In this document: in pieces, positions 20,886 through 31,250 of the stretch | How the letters are laid out: every line of letters starts with the position of its first letter | Numbering within the stretch: position 1 is the stretch's first letter | DNA from: Acidovorax sp. | Lineage (GTDB): Bacteria > Pseudomonadota > Gammaproteobacteria > Burkholderiales > Burkholderiaceae_C | NCBI RefSeq assembly: GCF_046314175.1 | Contig: NZ_JBKBXG010000018.1 | Coordinates: forward strand, 852 to 64,851 | DNA: 64,000 nucleotides | Direction: 5' to 3' | The notes under the pieces: generated by a model | Told to the model about the DNA's origin: nothing | Database searches by the model: none | What the model saw: only the letters and a program-made list of their open reading frames with translations | Program-made: the position numbers and the translations under genes

Positions 20886-23834
20886 ATGGCCTCAAAACCC
20901 AAGCTAGCCAAATCGCCGACCAAACCCGCCCGCCACGCGTTTGCCAACACCCTCAAGAACTTCAAGACCGCCTCTGGCAAGGAAGGTCAGTTCTACTCGT
21001 TGCCCGCGCTGGCCAAGCAGTTCCCTCAAATCAACCGCCTGCCCGTGTCGATTCGCATCGTGCTCGAATCGGTGCTGCGCAACTGCGATGGCCGCAAGGT
21101 CACCGCCGAGCATGTGCAGCAGCTGGCGCACTGGGCGCCCAACGCTGCGCGCACCGACGAGATCCCCTTCGTCGTCTCGCGCGTGGTGCTGCAGGACTTC
21201 ACCGGCGTGCCGCTGCTGGCAGACCTGGCCGCCATGCGCAGCGTGGCTGTAAAACTGGGCAAGAACCCCAAAAAGATCGAGCCGTTGGTGCCCGTCGACC
21301 TGGTGGTGGACCACTCGATCATGATCGACCACTACGGCAAGAAGAATTCACTCGACCTGAACATGAAGCTTGAATTCCAGCGCAACAAAGAGCGCTACGA
21401 GTTCATGAAATGGGGCATGCAGGCCTTTGACACCTTTGGCGTGGTGCCTCCGGGCTTTGGCATCGTGCACCAGGTCAACCTCGAATATCTGGCGCGCGGC
21501 GTGCACAAGCGCAAGGACAACGTTTACTACCCTGACACCCTGGTGGGCACAGACAGCCACACCACCATGATCAATGGCATCGGCGTGGTGGGCTGGGGCG
21601 TGGGCGGCATCGAGGCCGAGGCCGCCATGCTGGGCCAGCCCGTGTACTTCCTGACCCCCGATGTGGTGGGCTTTGAGATGACGGGCCAGTTGCGCGAAGG
21701 TGTGACCGCCACCGACCTTGTGCTGACGGTGACCGAGCTACTGCGCCAACACAAGGTGGTGGGCAAGTTTGTCGAATTTTTTGGCGAAGGCACGCGCACC
21801 CTGGCGCTGCCTGACCGCGCCACCATCGGCAACATGGCACCCGAGTACGGCGCCACCATGGGCTTCTTCCCGGTGGACGAAAAGACCATCGACTACTTCA
21901 AGGGCACGGGCCGCACCAAGACCGAAATCGAAGCCTTCGAGGCCTACTTCAAGGCGCAGGGCCTGTTCGGCGTGCCGCTGGCCGGTGAGGTGGACTACTC
22001 GCAGGTCGTAAAGCTTGACCTTGGCAGCGTCACCCCCAGCCTGGCCGGCCCCAAGCGCCCGCAAGACCGCATCGAGCTTGGCAAGGTCAGCAGCCAGTTT
22101 GCGGACCTGTTCAGCAAGCCCAACGCACAAAATGGTTTTAACCGCCCGGCCGAGTTGCTGCACACGCGCCACCATGTGCGCAGTGGCGACATGCCGCCCC
22201 TGCTGGCCCCGCCGGAAGAGAAGCCAGCACCGTCCGGCGCGCCGCGATTTGTGGTGGAGATGGAACAGAACAAGCCCACCATGGCCGCCGCGCATGCCGA
22301 AGTTCCGGCACAGCAAGCCAGCCGCACGGGTGACGTGACGGTGGGCAACGGCGATGTGCTGATTGCCGCCATCACCAGCTGCACCAACACCAGCAACCCC
22401 AGCGTGCTGCTGGCGGCGGGCCTGCTGGCCAAAAAGGCGGTGGAGGCGGGGCTGAAGGTCAAACCGCACATCAAGACATCGCTGGCGCCCGGCTCGCGCA
22501 TCGTTACCGAATACCTGACGGAAACCGGTTTGTTGCCGTACCTGGAAAAGCTGGGCTTCTCGGTGGCCGGTTACGGCTGCACCACCTGCATCGGTAATGC
22601 GGGGGACCTGACACCCGAGCTGAATGAGGCCATCACTAGCAACGATCTGGTGTGCGCCGCCGTACTGTCGGGCAACCGCAACTTCGAGGCGCGCATCCAT
22701 CCCAACCTCAAGGCCAACTTTCTGGCCAGCCCGCCGCTGGTGGTGGCCTATGCCATTGCGGGCACGGTGCTCAAGGACCTGATGACCGAGCCTGTGGGCA
22801 AGGGCAAGGGTGGCAAAGACATCTACCTGGGTGACATCTGGCCCACCAGCGAAGAAGTCCACGCGCTGCTGAAGTTTGCGATGAATGGCAAAGCCTTCCG
22901 CGCGAACTACGCCAAGGTGGCTACCGACCCCGGCAAGCTGTGGGAGAAGATCAAGGGAGTCAGCGGCACCGCCTACACCTGGCCCGCCAGCACGTACATC
23001 GCCGAGCCACCGTTCTTTGCCCAGTTTGCTCTTGAAAAAGGAGCTGCTGGCGCAGAACCATCAAGCGCTGCAGGCCAAAATGATGCCAAACTTCCGTCGG
23101 TGTGCGGTGCACGCATCATGGCGCTGTTTGGCGACTCCATCACCACCGACCACATCTCGCCGGCAGGCTCCATCAAGGACAGCTCGCCCGCCGGCCAGTG
23201 GCTGCTGCAGCATGGCGTGATGAAGGCCGACTTCAACAGCTACGGCGCCCGCCGCGGCAACCACGACGTGATGATGCGCGGCACCTTTGCCAACGTGCGC
23301 ATCAAGAACCTGATGCTGCCCGCCACGGCCGACGGGTCGCGCGAGGAGGGCGGGGTGACCGTGTTCCAGAACGAGGGCGCACTGCAGGGCGAGAAGATGT
23401 TCATCTTCGACGCCGCCATGCAGTACATGTCGCAGGGCACACCCACGGTGATTTTTGCGGGCGAGGAGTACGGCACCGGCTCCAGCCGCGACTGGGCGGC
23501 CAAGGGCACGCAATTGCTGGGTATCAAGGCCGTGGTGGCGCGCAGCTTTGAGCGCATCCACCGCTCGAACCTGGTCGGCATGGGCGTGCTGCCCCTGCAG
23601 TTCAAGGGTGCGGACTCGTGGGAGACGCTGGGCCTGCTGGGCAATGAAGTCATCGACGTAGTGCCCGACCCCGCGCTCACCCCGCAAAGCGACGCGCAAC
23701 TGGTGATCCACCGGGCCGACGGCTCGCGCAAGGAAGTTACGGTGACGCTGCGCATTGATACGCCCATCGAGGTGGACTACTACCAGGCCGGGGGCATCCT
23801 GCCGTTCGTGCTGCGCCAGTTGCTGGAAGGCTGA
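20886..23834 (+). CDS. acnA: Aconitate hydratase A
   Basis: [61 protein letters not shown]. Confidence 0.97.
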   Translation: MASKPKLAKSPTKPARHAFANTLKNFKTASGKEGQFYSLPALAKQFPQINRLPVSIRIVLESVLRNCDGRKVTAEHVQQLAHWAPNAARTDEIPFVVSRVVLQDFTGVPLLADLAAMRSVAVKLGKNPKKIEPLVPVDLVVDHSIMIDHYGKKNSLDLNMKLEFQRNKERYEFMKWGMQAFDTFGVVPPGFGIVHQVNLEYLARGVHKRKDNVYYPDTLVGTDSHTTMINGIGVVGWGVGGIEAEAAMLGQPVYFLTPDVVGFEMTGQLREGVTATDLVLTVTELLRQHKVVGKFVEFFGEGTRTLALPDRATIGNMAPEYGATMGFFPVDEKTIDYFKGTGRTKTEIEAFEAYFKAQGLFGVPLAGEVDYSQVVKLDLGSVTPSLAGPKRPQDRIELGKVSSQFADLFSKPNAQNGFNRPAELLHTRHHVRSGDMPPLLAPPEEKPAPSGAPRFVVEMEQNKPTMAAAHAEVPAQQASRTGDVTVGNGDVLIAAITSCTNTSNPSVLLAAGLLAKKAVEAGLKVKPHIKTSLAPGSRIVTEYLTETGLLPYLEKLGFSVAGYGCTTCIGNAGDLTPELNEAITSNDLVCAAVLSGNRNFEARIHPNLKANFLASPPLVVAYAIAGTVLKDLMTEPVGKGKGGKDIYLGDIWPTSEEVHALLKFAMNGKAFRANYAKVATDPGKLWEKIKGVSGTAYTWPASTYIAEPPFFAQFALEKGAAGAEPSSAAGQNDAKLPSVCGARIMALFGDSITTDHISPAGSIKDSSPAGQWLLQHGVMKADFNSYGARRGNHDVMMRGTFANVRIKNLMLPATADGSREEGGVTVFQNEGALQGEKMFIFDAAMQYMSQGTPTVIFAGEEYGTGSSRDWAAKGTQLLGIKAVVARSFERIHRSNLVGMGVLPLQFKGADSWETLGLLGNEVIDVVPDPALTPQSDAQLVIHRADGSRKEVTVTLRIDTPIEVDYYQAGGILPFVLRQLLEG
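23027..23092 (+). repeat. Dispersed ~66-bp repeat, copy 6, in frame within acnA
   Basis: GCTC-ttgaaaaag-GAGC-tgct-GGCGC-agaaccatcaa-GCGCT-gcaggccaaaatgatgccaaac. Confidence 0.82.
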
Positions 23835-23857
23835 ACGGCCCGCTGAGGTAGTGAGTA

Positions 23858-23883
23858 CAAAACGGGGCTTCGGCCCCGTTTTG
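23858..23883 (+). terminator. Rho-independent terminator after acnA
   Basis: CAAAACGGGGC-ttcg-GCCCCGTTTTG. Confidence 0.85.
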
Positions 23884-24016
23884 CGTGGAGCAGTGGCGTG
23901 CAAGCGCACAGGCACTGGAAAACAGCATGAACACACGCCTTACTCGTCGATACACTTGTGACGTTATGTCGACATGAAGCCATCCCGAACACCGCCCGCC
24001 GCCTGAACATCCCCGT

Positions 24017-27000
24017 ATGTCGTCCTTCCCCAGCACCCCCACAACCGCACGCAGTCCGTGGTGGGACGCGCCTGCCCTGACGGTGGTGCTGGTGGTCGGT
24101 GCGCTGGCGCTTGTGATTGTTCCGCTGGCACAAGTGCTGGGAGATGGCGCAGGTGCGCAGCACGGGCTGGAACCTTTCCTGGAGCTGATGGCCGTGCTGC
24201 TGGGCCTGCTGGTGGTGTCGATATCGCTACACACGTTGGAGGCGCGCGAACAGGTGCGGTCCAACGTGCTGGTGGTGGGGTTCGGGGTGGCGGCCGCCTG
24301 CAATTTCCTGCATGGCGTGCTGGCCCATTCCACCCCGGTGCACCTGCCGTCCGGCACTGCAGACATTTCGCTGTGGCTGAGCGGGTGGGCGCGCGTGGCA
24401 GAGATGCTCACCTTGCTGCTGACGGCGCTGCAGGTATCCGCGCGCGGCCCCGCGAAAGCCTGGCTCGCGGCGGCGGGGGGCATCACGCTGCTGCTGGTGT
24501 GGTCGGTCATGGGGGCGCTGCCGGGGTGGTTTGCGCAGACCGCTGGGGGGGCACTTCGGCAGTTACTGGCGTTTGCAGTTGCCATTGCGCTGGCAGCGGC
24601 GGCGGTGCTGATGTACCGCAGCGGAGTGCGGCACGCGCAACCGCGAGAGCGGGTGTTTGCCTGGGCTGCGGGCGCGTTTGTCTGTGGCGAGATCACGGTG
24701 GCGCTGCTGGGTGGGCATTCGCCTATTGGTGGCCCGCTGGCCCACGGGTTTCGGGTGCTGGCCTACGCGCTGCTGTACCAAGCGGTGTTCAACGCCGGCA
24801 TCCGCCTGCCTTTTGCAAGGGTGCAGGAGGCAGAGCGCCGCTTGCGCGAGAGCGAGGGACGCATGTCGCTGCTGGAGCGCAACCTGCCCCACAGCGTGTT
24901 GTTCCAGATCGTGCGCGAGGCCGATGGCAGCGCGCGTTTTTTGCACATGGGTGATGCGATCGAGCGGCTCAACGGGGTGAGCGCGCAAGATGTCATGGCC
25001 GATCCGAGGCTGTTGTACCGCCAGATACTCCCAGAAGACATTGGCCGCCTGCACCATGCCGAGCTGAAGTCATTTTTGACCATGACCAGCATGGAGGCGG
25101 TGTTTAGGGTGCGTCGCACCGACGGCCAGGTGCGCTGGATGCATCTGAACTCGTCTCCACGCCTGCTGGGCGATGGGCGTGTGGTGTGGGACGGTGTGCA
25201 GACCGACATCACCGCCCACCACCACGCCGAGGAAGCTGCGCATGCCAAAGAGGCGCTGATGGCCCACATGTTGCGCCATGTGCCGGGCGGGGTGGCGCGG
25301 GTGGATCGCGACATGCGCGTGCTGTATGTGAATGAGCAGCAGGCGCTGTGGCTGGGGCGCCCCGCTGAAGAGGTGCAAGGGCGCATGGTCGACGAGTTGA
25401 TTTCGCTCGATCTCCTGGCACGGATGCAGCCGCATTTTGACAAGGCGTTTGCGGGTGAGTCCACGGTGTTCGAGAGCCGTATCGACACCCCTGATGGGCT
25501 GCTGTTCAGGCACACCACCATTGCCCCTGAAGGGGTGAATGAGCATGGCGTGGTGCCTGCCGTGGTGCTTTTTGCCTACGATTTGACCGAGCTCAAGCGC
25601 GTGGAGGCTGAGCTGGCCGACCAGAAGGCCCACCTGGCCCGCGTGGTCAACGCCATGCCCGACATGGTGTTCTTGAAGGATGCCAACGGTGTATACCTGT
25701 CGGTCAACCCGGTGTTCGAGCGCTTTGCGGGCCGGCCCGAGCGACTGATTGTGGGCTGCAACGACTACGACCTGACCTCACCCTCCGAAGCAGAGCGCTT
25801 TCGCAAATACGACCTGCGCGCCATGCAGGCCTGGCAGCCGCTGGTGTACGAAGAAACCCTCACTTTCGCCGAGGACGGCTACCAGGGCCATTTTGAAACC
25901 ATCAAGAGCCCCATCCGCGACCTGACAGGCCGCGTGACCGGCGTGCTGGGCGTGTGCCGCGACATCACAGACCGCAAGCGCGCAGAACAAGAGATCGAAC
26001 GCCTGGCCTTCTACGACGCATTGACCGGCCTGCCCAACCGCCGCCTGCTGCTCGACCGCCTGCAACGCTCCATCGCCGCCTGCCAGCGCAGCAAGAACCA
26101 GGGCGCCTTGCTGTTCATCGACCTCGATAACTTCAAAGACTTGAACGACACCCTGGGCCACGACATGGGCGACCAGCTCCTGGCCCAGGTCGCCACCCGC
26201 CTGGTGGGCAGCGTGCGCGAAGCCGACACCGTGGCCCGCTTTGGCGGCGACGAATTCGTCGTCATGCTCGACAACCTCAGCGCCGACCTGACAGAAGCCG
26301 CCACCCAGGCAGAAGCCGTGGGCGAGAAACTGCTGGCCAGCATGAACCAGCCGTTCGAGCTCGGCGGCGGCCAGCACTACAGCACCCCCAGCATCGGCAT
26401 CACCCTCTTTGGCGACACCCGCCTCACGGTAGACGAACTCCTCAAACGCGCCGACCTGGCCATGTACCAGGCCAAAGCCGCAGGACGCAACACCCAACGC
26501 TTCTTCGACCCCGACATGCAGGCGGCAGTCAATGCCCGCTCCAACCTGGAAGCCGACCTGCGCCAAGGTCTGGCCCGGGGCGAACTGCTGGTGCACTACC
26601 AGCCCGTTGTGGACCACCACGCCACCCTCATGGGCGCCGAAGCCCTGGTGCGCTGGCGCCACCCCCAGCGCGGCATGATCAGCCCCGGCGACTTCATCCC
26701 CCTGGCAGAACAAACCGGCCTCATCCTCCCGCTGGGCCAATACGTCCTTCAAACCGCCTGCGAACAACTACAGCGCTGGAGCCAGCACGCAACCACCGCC
26801 CACCTGACCATCGCCGTCAACGTCAGCGCCCGGCAATTCAGGCAACCGGGCTTCGTCGCCGAAGTGCTGCAAACCCTCAAGCACCACAACGCAGACCCCC
26901 AAAAACTCAAACTCGAACTCACCGAAAGCCTGCTGCTCGGGGACATCGAAGACACCATCGCCCGCATGGTGCAGCTCAAAAGCGAAGGCGTAGGCTTTGC

Positions 27001-27352
27001 GCTCGATGACTTTGGCACCGGCTACTCCAGCCTGTCCTACCTCAAACGCCTGCCGCTCGACCAGGTCAAGATCGACCAGAGCTTTGTGCGGGACGTGCTG
27101 ACAGACCCCAACGACGCGGCGATTGTGAGAACCATATTGGCGCTGGCCAAGAGCCTGGATCTGCAGGTGGTGGCCGAGGGAGTGGAGACGACGGGGCAGC
27201 TGTCGTTTTTGCGGCTGCATGGGTGTGAGGCGTTTCAGGGGTATTTGTTTGGGCGGCCCGCTCCCATCGACGCGTTTGTGCGTGAGCACCAGCTGGGTGC
27301 GATGGCTCCGCAACCCGCCAGTACGCTGGGTGGCGCAGGAGCGGCACCATGA
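24017..27352 (+). CDS. Membrane sensor (MASE3-like)-PAS x3-GGDEF-EAL protein
   Basis: Multi-TM N-terminus; three PAS/PAC-like units; RFGGDEF, EALVRW, DDFGTGYSSL. Confidence 0.92.
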   Translation: MSSFPSTPTTARSPWWDAPALTVVLVVGALALVIVPLAQVLGDGAGAQHGLEPFLELMAVLLGLLVVSISLHTLEAREQVRSNVLVVGFGVAAACNFLHGVLAHSTPVHLPSGTADISLWLSGWARVAEMLTLLLTALQVSARGPAKAWLAAAGGITLLLVWSVMGALPGWFAQTAGGALRQLLAFAVAIALAAAAVLMYRSGVRHAQPRERVFAWAAGAFVCGEITVALLGGHSPIGGPLAHGFRVLAYALLYQAVFNAGIRLPFARVQEAERRLRESEGRMSLLERNLPHSVLFQIVREADGSARFLHMGDAIERLNGVSAQDVMADPRLLYRQILPEDIGRLHHAELKSFLTMTSMEAVFRVRRTDGQVRWMHLNSSPRLLGDGRVVWDGVQTDITAHHHAEEAAHAKEALMAHMLRHVPGGVARVDRDMRVLYVNEQQALWLGRPAEEVQGRMVDELISLDLLARMQPHFDKAFAGESTVFESRIDTPDGLLFRHTTIAPEGVNEHGVVPAVVLFAYDLTELKRVEAELADQKAHLARVVNAMPDMVFLKDANGVYLSVNPVFERFAGRPERLIVGCNDYDLTSPSEAERFRKYDLRAMQAWQPLVYEETLTFAEDGYQGHFETIKSPIRDLTGRVTGVLGVCRDITDRKRAEQEIERLAFYDALTGLPNRRLLLDRLQRSIAACQRSKNQGALLFIDLDNFKDLNDTLGHDMGDQLLAQVATRLVGSVREADTVARFGGDEFVVMLDNLSADLTEAATQAEAVGEKLLASMNQPFELGGGQHYSTPSIGITLFGDTRLTVDELLKRADLAMYQAKAAGRNTQRFFDPDMQAAVNARSNLEADLRQGLARGELLVHYQPVVDHHATLMGAEALVRWRHPQRGMISPGDFIPLAEQTGLILPLGQYVLQTACEQLQRWSQHATTAHLTIAVNVSARQFRQPGFVAEVLQTLKHHNADPQKLKLELTESLLLGDIEDTIARMVQLKSEGVGFALDDFGTGYSSLSYLKRLPLDQVKIDQSFVRDVLTDPNDAAIVRTILALAKSLDLQVVAEGVETTGQLSFLRLHGCEAFQGYLFGRPAPIDAFVREHQLGAMAPQPASTLGGAGAAP

Positions 27353-29868
27353 CCGCCCCCGGCGTGCTGTGGGTGGACAGCGACACCCAGCATGCCGCCG
27401 CCGCACGGCGGCTGATGGCTGCGCGCCACGCAGACTGGCGTGTGGTGAACAGCCCCACACCCGAGGCGGCGCTGGCCCCATTGGCCTCACAGTCCTGGGA
27501 CGCAGTGGTGTTATGTCTGCGGCCCTCGGTGCACGAGCTGCCCGCCCTGCTGGAGCTGTGCGCGGGCCGCCCCGTGCTGCTGTGCATTGGCGCAGCGCAG
27601 GAGGCCCTGGCAGCGCGGGCATTTCGCTGCGGCCTGGGCGACTATGTGCTGCGCGATTCTGATCTGGACGGGGTGGGCCATCTGGGCGAGCTGCTGCACC
27701 GCCTGGCCACTCTCATGCACAGCGCCCAGGGCAAGGGCCTGCCCGTGCGCATGGTGGACGCCCGCATGTGGCAGGAAGCCCTGACCATGCTGCAAGAGCA
27801 GCGCAAGGCCCTGCAGGCCACGCTGGCCAGCATGAGCCAGGGCATCTTCAAGACGGCACCCGACGGGCGCATCACCGTCTACAACGAGCGCGTGCTGGAG
27901 CTTTTGAGCCTGCCCGAATCCCTGATGGGCACCCGCCCCACGCTGGCCGACCTGACCCGCGTACAGGCTGAGCGCGGTGACTTTGGCGAGGGCTACAGCT
28001 TGGTGGACCGGCGCGGGCACGACTACGTGGCCCAGGGAGCGGTGGCACCTGCGCCCCCGTTGTACTGGCGCACCGCACGCGACGGCCGCACGCTGGAGGT
28101 GCGCACCACCACGCTGCCCGATGGCAGCCTGGTGCGCACTTTTGCCGACGTGAGCGACTACGTGCGGGTGGAAAACGAGCTGCGCGAGAGCGAGGCGCGT
28201 TTCCGATCGCTCAGCGATCTGTCTTCCGACTGGTACTGGGAGCATGACGCCGAGGGCCGCTTTGTGCAGCTGGCGGGCGACCTCAGCGTCAATGGCATTC
28301 CGCTGTCGGCCGTGATGGGCCGCACGCGCTGGGAGATTGGTGCGCTGAACATGAACGACGCCGACTGGGCTGCGCACCGGGCGGTGCTGCAGGCCAGGCA
28401 ACCGTTTCGCGACCTGGAGTTGCAGCGCCAGCGACCCGACGGCACCATGCACTGGATTTCCGTCAGTGGCGTGCCTGTGATTGACAGTGAAGGCATGCTG
28501 CGCGGCTATCGCGGTGTGGGCCGCGACATCACCGAGCGCAAGCGGGTGGAAAGCCAGATCGAGCAATTGGCGTTTTACGACGTGCTGACCGGCCTGCCCA
28601 ACCGCCGCTTGCTGGTAGACCGCCTGCAGCGCGCGCTGGCAGCCGTGCAGCGCAGCCACGCGCAGGGCGCGCTGCTGTTCATCGACCTAGACAACTTCAA
28701 GGACCTGAACGACACCCTGGGCCACGACACCGGAGACCAGTTGCTGGTGCAGGTGGCCCAGCGCCTCAAAGCCTGCGTGCGCGAGGTGGACACCGTGGCG
28801 CGTTTTGGCGGCGACGAATTTGTGGTGCTGGTGGAGGGGCTGAGCGCCGACGGCGCCCACGCCAGCGCCGAGGCCGCTTTGGTGGCCAGCCACATCGCCA
28901 CCACCCTGGGCAAGCCCTACGCCCTGGGCGAAACCAGCCACCACAGCACTCCCAGCATTGGCATCGCGCTGTTTGACCAACAGGTGTGCAGTGTGGACGA
29001 GCTGCTCAAGCATGCCGACCTGGCCATGTACCAGGCCAAGGCGGCGGGCCGCAACACCCAGCGGTTCTTTGACCCCGACATGCAGGCGGCCGTCAGCAAC
29101 CGGTCTGCGCTGGAGGTCGACTTGCGCCGTGGCTTGCAGGACAAAGAGCTGGTGCTGTACTACCAGCCCATAGTGGACGGCAAAGGCCGCCTGCAGGGCG
29201 CCGAGGCGCTGGTGCGCTGGAAGCACCCGCGCCGCGGGCTGGTGTCACCGGCCGAATTCATTCCGCTGGCCGAGCAGACCGGGCTCATCCTGCCGCTGGG
29301 GCAGTGGGTGCTGGAGGCCGCCTGCGCGCAGCTGGTGGCGTGGTCGCGCAGCACGCTCACGCGGCAGTTCTTCTTGTCGGTGAACGTGAGCGTGCGGCAG
29401 TTTCGCCAGCCCGACTTTGTGGAGCAGGTGCTGGGCACCCTGAACGCCACGGGCGCCAACCCCGAGCGCCTGAAGCTGGAGCTGACCGAAAGCCTGCTGC
29501 TGGCCGACGTGGAGGACATCATTGCGCGCATGGAGTACCTGCGCCGTTTTGGTGTGGGCTTCTCGCTGGATGACTTTGGCACCGGGTATTCGTCACTCAG
29601 TTACTTGAAGCGCCTGCCGCTGGACCAGCTCAAGATCGACCAGGGTTTTGTGCGCGACCTGCAGACAGACCCCAACGACGCAGCGATCGTGCGCACCATT
29701 CTGGCCTTGGCCGACAGCCTCGATCTGGCGGTGGTGGCCGAAGGCGTGGAGACCACGGGCCAGCTGGAGTTCTTGCAGCGCCACGGGTGCAAATCGTTCC
29801 AGGGCTACCTGTTTGGCCGCCCCATGCCGCCCGAGGTGCTGGAGCGAGCCCTGCGGCCTGCGCTATGA
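27349..29868 (+). CDS. Pseudo-receiver-PAS-PAS-GGDEF-EAL protein
   Basis: Degenerate REC N-terminus; two PAS-like units; RFGGDEF, EALVRW, DDFGTGYSSL; ATGA overlap with upstream gene. Confidence 0.92.
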   Translation: MTAPGVLWVDSDTQHAAAARRLMAARHADWRVVNSPTPEAALAPLASQSWDAVVLCLRPSVHELPALLELCAGRPVLLCIGAAQEALAARAFRCGLGDYVLRDSDLDGVGHLGELLHRLATLMHSAQGKGLPVRMVDARMWQEALTMLQEQRKALQATLASMSQGIFKTAPDGRITVYNERVLELLSLPESLMGTRPTLADLTRVQAERGDFGEGYSLVDRRGHDYVAQGAVAPAPPLYWRTARDGRTLEVRTTTLPDGSLVRTFADVSDYVRVENELRESEARFRSLSDLSSDWYWEHDAEGRFVQLAGDLSVNGIPLSAVMGRTRWEIGALNMNDADWAAHRAVLQARQPFRDLELQRQRPDGTMHWISVSGVPVIDSEGMLRGYRGVGRDITERKRVESQIEQLAFYDVLTGLPNRRLLVDRLQRALAAVQRSHAQGALLFIDLDNFKDLNDTLGHDTGDQLLVQVAQRLKACVREVDTVARFGGDEFVVLVEGLSADGAHASAEAALVASHIATTLGKPYALGETSHHSTPSIGIALFDQQVCSVDELLKHADLAMYQAKAAGRNTQRFFDPDMQAAVSNRSALEVDLRRGLQDKELVLYYQPIVDGKGRLQGAEALVRWKHPRRGLVSPAEFIPLAEQTGLILPLGQWVLEAACAQLVAWSRSTLTRQFFLSVNVSVRQFRQPDFVEQVLGTLNATGANPERLKLELTESLLLADVEDIIARMEYLRRFGVGFSLDDFGTGYSSLSYLKRLPLDQLKIDQGFVRDLQTDPNDAAIVRTILALADSLDLAVVAEGVETTGQLEFLQRHGCKSFQGYLFGRPMPPEVLERALRPAL

Positions 29869-29917
29869 CCTGCGCTGGGACAAGCGCCCGCCAGCGCGTG
29901 CAGTTCACAATCGCGCC

Positions 29918-31129
29918 ATGAAAAAACAGGTATTGGTTGCCGGTGGCGGCATCGGTGGTTTGGCCGCGGCGCTGGGTGCGTCGCGGGCGGGGTGGGATGT
30001 GCGGCTGTACGAACGCGCCGCTGCGTTCAGCGAGGTGGGGGCGGGCGTGCAGATCGGGCCGAATGTGGTGCGCCGCCTGCAGGCCTGGGGGCTGCAGCGG
30101 CCGTTGCAGGCCGTGGCCGCGTTCCCCAGCCGACTGCAGGTGCGCAATGCCGTCAGTGGTAAAGAACTGGCCGTGCTGCCGCTGGGCGCCACGGCGGTGC
30201 AACGCTACGGCGCGGCCTACGCCACCATCCACCGCGCCGACCTGCATGGGCTGCTGCTGGCCGCCGTGACCAAATACACCGATACGCAGTTGCATCTGGA
30301 GCACGCCATCGACAGCTTTGTCGACAGCGAGGGTGTCGTGACCGTGCGCACCAGCCGGGGCAAGCTGATAGAGGGCGACGCGCTCATTGGGGCAGACGGC
30401 CTGTGGAGCCGCACGCGCGCCCAGCTGCTGGGCGCCTCGCCCCCGCGGGTGACCGGCCACCTGGCCTATCGTGCCCTGGTGCCGCAGCATGCGCTGCCCA
30501 AAACCTTGCGCACCGCGCAGGTTACTGCTTGGCTGGGCCCGCGCCTGCATGCCGTGCAGTACCCCGTGCGCCGGGGTGAGCTGCAGAACCTTGTCGTCAT
30601 CGTGCAGGGCCCCGCCCCGCAAGACCTGGAAAGCTGGGACCACGCCGCCAACGCAGCGGGCCTGGAACACGCGCTGCAAGGCACCTGCACGGCACTGCAG
30701 GATGTTGTGCGCAGTGTCAGCGCCGCCGGTGGCCCCGGCTGGCGCCTGTGGCCGCTGTGCGACCGCCCCCCGGTGCGCGGTGCCGACGAGATGGCGCAAG
30801 GCCTGGTGGCCCTGCTGGGCGACGCCGCCCACCCCATGCGCCCCTACCTGGCCCAGGGCGCGGGAATGGCCATTGAAGACGCGGCCGAGCTGCAGCGGGC
30901 GTTGGCCATGCACGACCTGGACGTGCCACTGCGCCTCGCCCGCTACGCCCTCAACCGCTGGCAGCGCAACGCGCGCGTTCAGGCCCGGTCCACGCGCAAT
31001 GGCCGCATCTTTCATGCCACGGGGCCCGTACGCTGGGGCCGCGACTTGTCGCTGCGACTGCTGGGCGAGCGGGTGCTGGACGTGCCGTGGCTGTACCGGG
31101 GGGATGGGTCCAGCGCCAGCACTTTGTAG
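29918..31129 (+). CDS. FAD-dependent monooxygenase (salicylate/3-hydroxybenzoate hydroxylase-like)
   Basis: VAGGGIGG, IGADG, LLGDAAHPMRPYLAQGAGMAIEDA. Confidence 0.9.
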   Translation: MKKQVLVAGGGIGGLAAALGASRAGWDVRLYERAAAFSEVGAGVQIGPNVVRRLQAWGLQRPLQAVAAFPSRLQVRNAVSGKELAVLPLGATAVQRYGAAYATIHRADLHGLLLAAVTKYTDTQLHLEHAIDSFVDSEGVVTVRTSRGKLIEGDALIGADGLWSRTRAQLLGASPPRVTGHLAYRALVPQHALPKTLRTAQVTAWLGPRLHAVQYPVRRGELQNLVVIVQGPAPQDLESWDHAANAAGLEHALQGTCTALQDVVRSVSAAGGPGWRLWPLCDRPPVRGADEMAQGLVALLGDAAHPMRPYLAQGAGMAIEDAAELQRALAMHDLDVPLRLARYALNRWQRNARVQARSTRNGRIFHATGPVRWGRDLSLRLLGERVLDVPWLYRGDGSSASTL

Positions 31130-31136
31130 TGCCTGT

Positions 31137-31202
31137 TGCTACAAAAAATATAGCTGCTGGCGCATGCTGGATAAGCGCTAAGGCCTGTTTTGGCTTAAAT
31201 TT
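31137..31202 (+). repeat. Dispersed ~66-bp repeat, copy 7
   Basis: GCTA-caaaaaata-TAGC-tgct-GGCGC-atgctggataa-GCGCT-aaggcctgttttggcttaaat. Confidence 0.88.
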
Positions 31203-31250
31203 TGACCGCTGGGGTGCTTCGGCCGATCGTGACTGCGCGCCTCGGCGGGT

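Noticed and set aside
22150-22340. Second long variable segment in AcnA as another repeat insertion
   Set aside because: No GCTA/TAGC or AGCGC-N11-GCGCT dyads; normal codon usage
25950-29850. Similar GGDEF-EAL halves as a diversity-generating retroelement TR/VR pair
   Set aside because: Differences are spread over synonymous sites rather than adenine-specific, both copies are coding, and no reverse transcriptase is present
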